From a virus (Duplodnaviria > Caudoviricetes), in the IMG/VR virus record IMGVR_UViG_3300016476_001398, positions 1 to 43,579 of that record: 43,579 nucleotides of DNA, one strand, 5' to 3'. Positions 40,824-43,579 of this stretch are shown here, piece after piece. The notes under the pieces were generated by a model. It ran no database searches, was not told the DNA's origin, and worked only from the letters and a program-made list of their open reading frames with translations. The translations under genes were made by a program, and so were the position numbers. Positions within the stretch are counted from its first letter, which is position 1, and each line of letters opens with the position of its first letter.

Positions 40824-41381
40824 TTAATTTTTATTTGTTTCACCAGGTTTTTCTATTGTATTGTTTAAAGAATCTTGATATGCTTTTGCTTTTGCAGGGT
40901 TATAACTAGCTATTATTGTTGAAAAAGCACTATCCCTTTCTTTATATCCTGGTAGTGGTTGACTAAAAAAATTGTCTGTAAACCACATGCTTTTGATGTT
41001 TGCCACTTTAAACAGTCTCCAAACATCGTCTGCTTCAGCACTTCTAACCCCTGTTTCTATAGCCGCTTTTTCTGATTGACCAGCTACATGATATCCTCTT
41101 ATTGCTAGATTTCCATTTTTGTCTATACCCATACATACAGGCCAAATAATTCTAGATTTTGTAGTTGGCATTTTGTATTTTTTGTTATTAGACTGAAAAT
41201 TTAATCCAATTTCACGACCTTGCTCAATGGCTTGTTTCATAGAGTCTTGGTTAAACGAAAATCTATCTGAACTTTTATTCATAGCAGAAGATTTAGCTTC
41301 AGGACTCATTGCCTCTTCTATCACCTCAATTATCCCCGCTAATTGCTTAAGTCTTTTTTTATATGATTCTGATAATATCAT
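40824..41381 (-). CDS. Stand-alone WYL-domain protein
   Basis: AIEQGREIGLNF...RIIWPVCMG...GNLAIRGY...WRLFKVANI fits the WYL pattern; no HTH. Confidence 0.7.
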   Translation of the reverse strand: MILSESYKKRLKQLAGIIEVIEEAMSPEAKSSAMNKSSDRFSFNQDSMKQAIEQGREIGLNFQSNNKKYKMPTTKSRIIWPVCMGIDKNGNLAIRGYHVAGQSEKAAIETGVRSAEADDVWRLFKVANIKSMWFTDNFFSQPLPGYKERDSAFSTIIASYNPAKAKAYQDSLNNTIEKPGETNKN

Positions 41382-41385
41382 CTTT

Positions 41386-41393
41386 AATAAATA
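41386..41393 (-). promoter_or_regulatory. Putative late promoter TATTTATT
   Basis: 4 nt before WYL gene start on the - strand. Confidence 0.5.
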
Positions 41394-41427
41394 TGCTTTA
41401 AAACTTATTTTTTTGGGTTATTTTTGT

Positions 41428-41435
41428 TATATTTG
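41428..41435 (+). promoter_or_regulatory. Bacteroidota-type -7 element
   Basis: TATATTTG 6 nt before ATG 41442; no clear -33 element. Confidence 0.45.
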
Positions 41436-41441
41436 TTAATT

Positions 41442-42341
41442 ATGTCAAATCCAATATTAAATAAAAAAGAATTAAGTGAAAAAAAAGCGCATATTAGCTT
41501 TAGTGAATTTTCTTTATTTAATCAATGCGGTCATAGACATTTATTGGAAAAGCGTTTAAATATATTACAACAACCCCCTTCTATACATTTATATTTTGGA
41601 AACGCAATTCATTCATCTATAGAATTGTCTCTTAAAGGGTCTTGGTCTATAAATAGGATGGTGGATCACTTTAAAACCACTTTTTCAAAAGATATGTTGG
41701 ACAACATGAAAGATACAGATGATTATAAAATAAATTTTCACAATTTTTTAACCCAAGGAGAAGAGTTATTAAAATTTTTAGACTTAAATAAAATCTTGAA
41801 TGAATATGATGTAGTATCTGTAGAAGAGCCTTTATATGAGCAAATTTTTTCACATTTTTTATTTAAAGGATTCATAGATTTAGTTGTAAGACATAAAATA
41901 ACAAAAAGATATAAAATAATTGACTGGAAAACATCTGGAGAAGAATGGAATGTGAATAAAAAGAAAAAAGATGAAATTTTTTTATGTCAAATGAGATTTT
42001 ATAAATTTTTTTGGTCTAGAAAAAATAACATAAACTTAAGCGATGTAGATTGTTCATATATTGTTCTTAGTAGGCTTAAAAAGAAAAAAAGCTTAAGCTC
42101 ATCATTTGGAAACATTCAGATTGTGGATATTAATTCAAATGAAGAAGAAATTAAATATTCATTAGAGAAATTGGCTAAAACAATAAGAATGATTCATATT
42201 GATAAAATATTTCCTAAGATAAAATTTAAAATTGGAGAGCGAGTTGGATGTATGTTTTGTCCATTAAAAGGAGGTAGGCATCCTATGTGTGACTCTTCTG
42301 ATAAACAACATAAAAAATTATTAATAGAATATAAAAAGTAA
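41442..42341 (+). CDS. PD-(D/E)XK nuclease, RecB/AddB/Cas4-like with probable Fe-S cysteines
   Basis: ISFS..QC, FGNAIH, VEE, KGFIDLV, IIDWKT, QMRFY, CMFC...C; ATG 41442 preferred. Confidence 0.88.
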   Translation: MSNPILNKKELSEKKAHISFSEFSLFNQCGHRHLLEKRLNILQQPPSIHLYFGNAIHSSIELSLKGSWSINRMVDHFKTTFSKDMLDNMKDTDDYKINFHNFLTQGEELLKFLDLNKILNEYDVVSVEEPLYEQIFSHFLFKGFIDLVVRHKITKRYKIIDWKTSGEEWNVNKKKKDEIFLCQMRFYKFFWSRKNNINLSDVDCSYIVLSRLKKKKSLSSSFGNIQIVDINSNEEEIKYSLEKLAKTIRMIHIDKIFPKIKFKIGERVGCMFCPLKGGRHPMCDSSDKQHKKLLIEYKK

Positions 42342-42345
42342 ACAT

Positions 42346-42750
42346 ATGGCTTATTACACAAGAAAACAAGTTTCAGAATACATCAAAGATGTTCTAGAAA
42401 GAGCTAAAAGTAGTGAAATTAAAATTATGGTTGATGTAGAAGAGTGTGCAAAAAAACTAGGAGATGAAGAGGATTTAATCCCTATGTTTTGGCTTGAGTT
42501 GCAACCAGTTGAGAATAGTGAAAATATAAACGTAAAAATGGAAGGTTCTGTTTTTGTTAAAATAGAATTTGATTTATATTGTGATGATAGATATGCTCTC
42601 GATTGTTATCAAGCCTCAAAAGAGGGTGTTCCTGTTTGTGAAATCGTTAAAAAAAGAAATGAAGAAACAGAAAGCAGACAAAATACTTCAGAACAAGAAA
42701 AAATAGATATGGCAAATAGATTAAAAGAATCTATAGGCAAAATAAAATAA
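42346..42750 (+). CDS. Hypothetical protein
   Basis: 134-aa acidic ORF in the operon. Confidence 0.7.
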   Translation: MAYYTRKQVSEYIKDVLERAKSSEIKIMVDVEECAKKLGDEEDLIPMFWLELQPVENSENINVKMEGSVFVKIEFDLYCDDRYALDCYQASKEGVPVCEIVKKRNEETESRQNTSEQEKIDMANRLKESIGKIK

Positions 42751-42757
42751 TTTTAAT

Positions 42758-43096
42758 ATGGAACTTAACGACTTAGAAAACCTTAAAAACTGCAACGAGT
42801 TAGATTTATTATACAAGATAATAGAAATAGCAGAGGGTGCAAAAAAAAGAACAGAACTTGTATTGCACAATAACTATTCAGCAGGTGTAGATGTTAGAAA
42901 AACTCTCCAAGATGTTAGATTATTATCACTAATAATGAGAGATCAAATACAAAGAAGGGCTCAAAGCGGAAGAGGTAAGAAAATATCAAAAAAATCCGCT
43001 TTAGATAAAGCTATTCAATTAGAGATTTTAAGATTAAAAAAAGAAGACGAGCGCATAAAAAAACTAGAAGAAAAAAGAAAGAAAACAATTATATAG
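42758..43096 (+). CDS. Histone H1-like (Hc1-family-like) small basic protein
   Basis: NNYSAGVDVRKTLQDVR...MRDQIQ resembles the GNKxAGxRxRKxxQ core; Lys/Arg-rich tail. Confidence 0.5.
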   Translation: MELNDLENLKNCNELDLLYKIIEIAEGAKKRTELVLHNNYSAGVDVRKTLQDVRLLSLIMRDQIQRRAQSGRGKKISKKSALDKAIQLEILRLKKEDERIKKLEEKRKKTII

Positions 43097-43097
43097 T

Positions 43098-43579
43098 ATG
43101 GCTAAGAAAAAAGCGGAAGCTAAAAAAAACGAAGTTAATATTAGAAAGTTAAAAACAAATTATGAACTTAGGTTCGACTTCAATAAAATGCTTTCTGAAT
43201 ATATAAAGTCTCTACCTAAAGAACATAGATCAACAAGAAAAGATTCTGTAATTAATGCTGATGGAGTAGAGAAAGATGAGTGGGTTAGAACCATTCGTGA
43301 GTACGCCATGGGTAATGTTATTAATTTTATGGTTGATAATGGTATCCCTTTTGTTTTTCAAAATGTACCAGAAGACGATATAAATAAACTTAGAAAAGAA
43401 TATTTAGATAGACAGAAAAGATTAGCTGAAACGTTAAAATTAAAAGCCGAGCAACTTGTTGTAGATAATGAAGATTATTCTTTTTTGAAAAAACAACCAT
43501 ATAATTATCAAAAACAAGCTGTTAAGTTTTTTGAAATAAATGATGGTAAAGCTATTTTAGGGGATCAACCAGGTGTAGG
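43098..43579 (+). CDS. SNF2-family helicase, 5' part (runs off the window; absent from the ORF track)
   Basis: ATG 43098 MAKKKAE... open to the end, ending PYNYQKQAVKFF..GKAILGDQPGVG (Q motif and start of Walker A). Confidence 0.8.
   Translation, partial: MAKKKAEAKKNEVNIRKLKTNYELRFDFNKMLSEYIKSLPKEHRSTRKDSVINADGVEKDEWVRTIREYAMGNVINFMVDNGIPFVFQNVPEDDINKLRKEYLDRQKRLAETLKLKAEQLVVDNEDYSFLKKQPYNYQKQAVKFFEINDGKAILGDQPGV

Noticed and set aside
229-41853. Short antisense or nested ORFs in the track (e.g. 229..561, 8605..8808, 23566..23805, 39426..39674, 40257..40520)
   Set aside because: Shadows of longer, motif-supported genes, with no recognisable features of their own.
41442-42341. Cas4 as part of a CRISPR-Cas locus
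   Set aside because: No cas1/cas2 or array in the window; solo PD-(D/E)XK nucleases are common in phage replication modules.
1-43579. Stop-codon reassignment as in some large phages
   Set aside because: Code 11 gives dense, full-length genes; TAG and TGA end genes at sensible boundaries.

Overview
AT-rich, gene-dense fragment of a large contractile-tailed (myovirus-type, probably jumbo) phage genome in standard code 11. The host is most likely Bacteroidota: TAnnTTTG promoters, no Shine-Dalgarno sites, A-rich leaders. Three blocks: (1) 1-5.75 kb: T5 A1-like metallophosphoesterase nuclease, a degenerate HAD protein, GT-B and GT-A glycosyltransferases, and a gp55-like late sigma factor; (2) 5.8-35.3 kb: baseplate/fibre module on both strands (gp5/gpV-like spike, gp25, gp6, gpI/gp7-like wedge, Calx-beta and DNRLRE-like proteins, a 53-repeat HAEG fibre with an S74 chaperone, gpH-like paralogues); (3) 35.4-43.6 kb: DNA metabolism (RuvC, primase, fused SbcD-SbcC, WYL protein, PD-(D/E)XK nuclease, Hc1-like protein, partial SNF2 helicase). 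Most notable observations: a strong (S/T)(G/A)xT motif bias in peripheral virion proteins next to two phage glycosyltransferases (candidate virion glycosylation system); an 11-site TATTTAT(A/T) late-promoter regulon that is the reverse complement of the T4 late promoter; a late-expressed stand-alone WYL protein with a possible packaging leader; and three stems in the 5' part of the sigma gene. All assignments are by-eye motif recognition and no searches were run.
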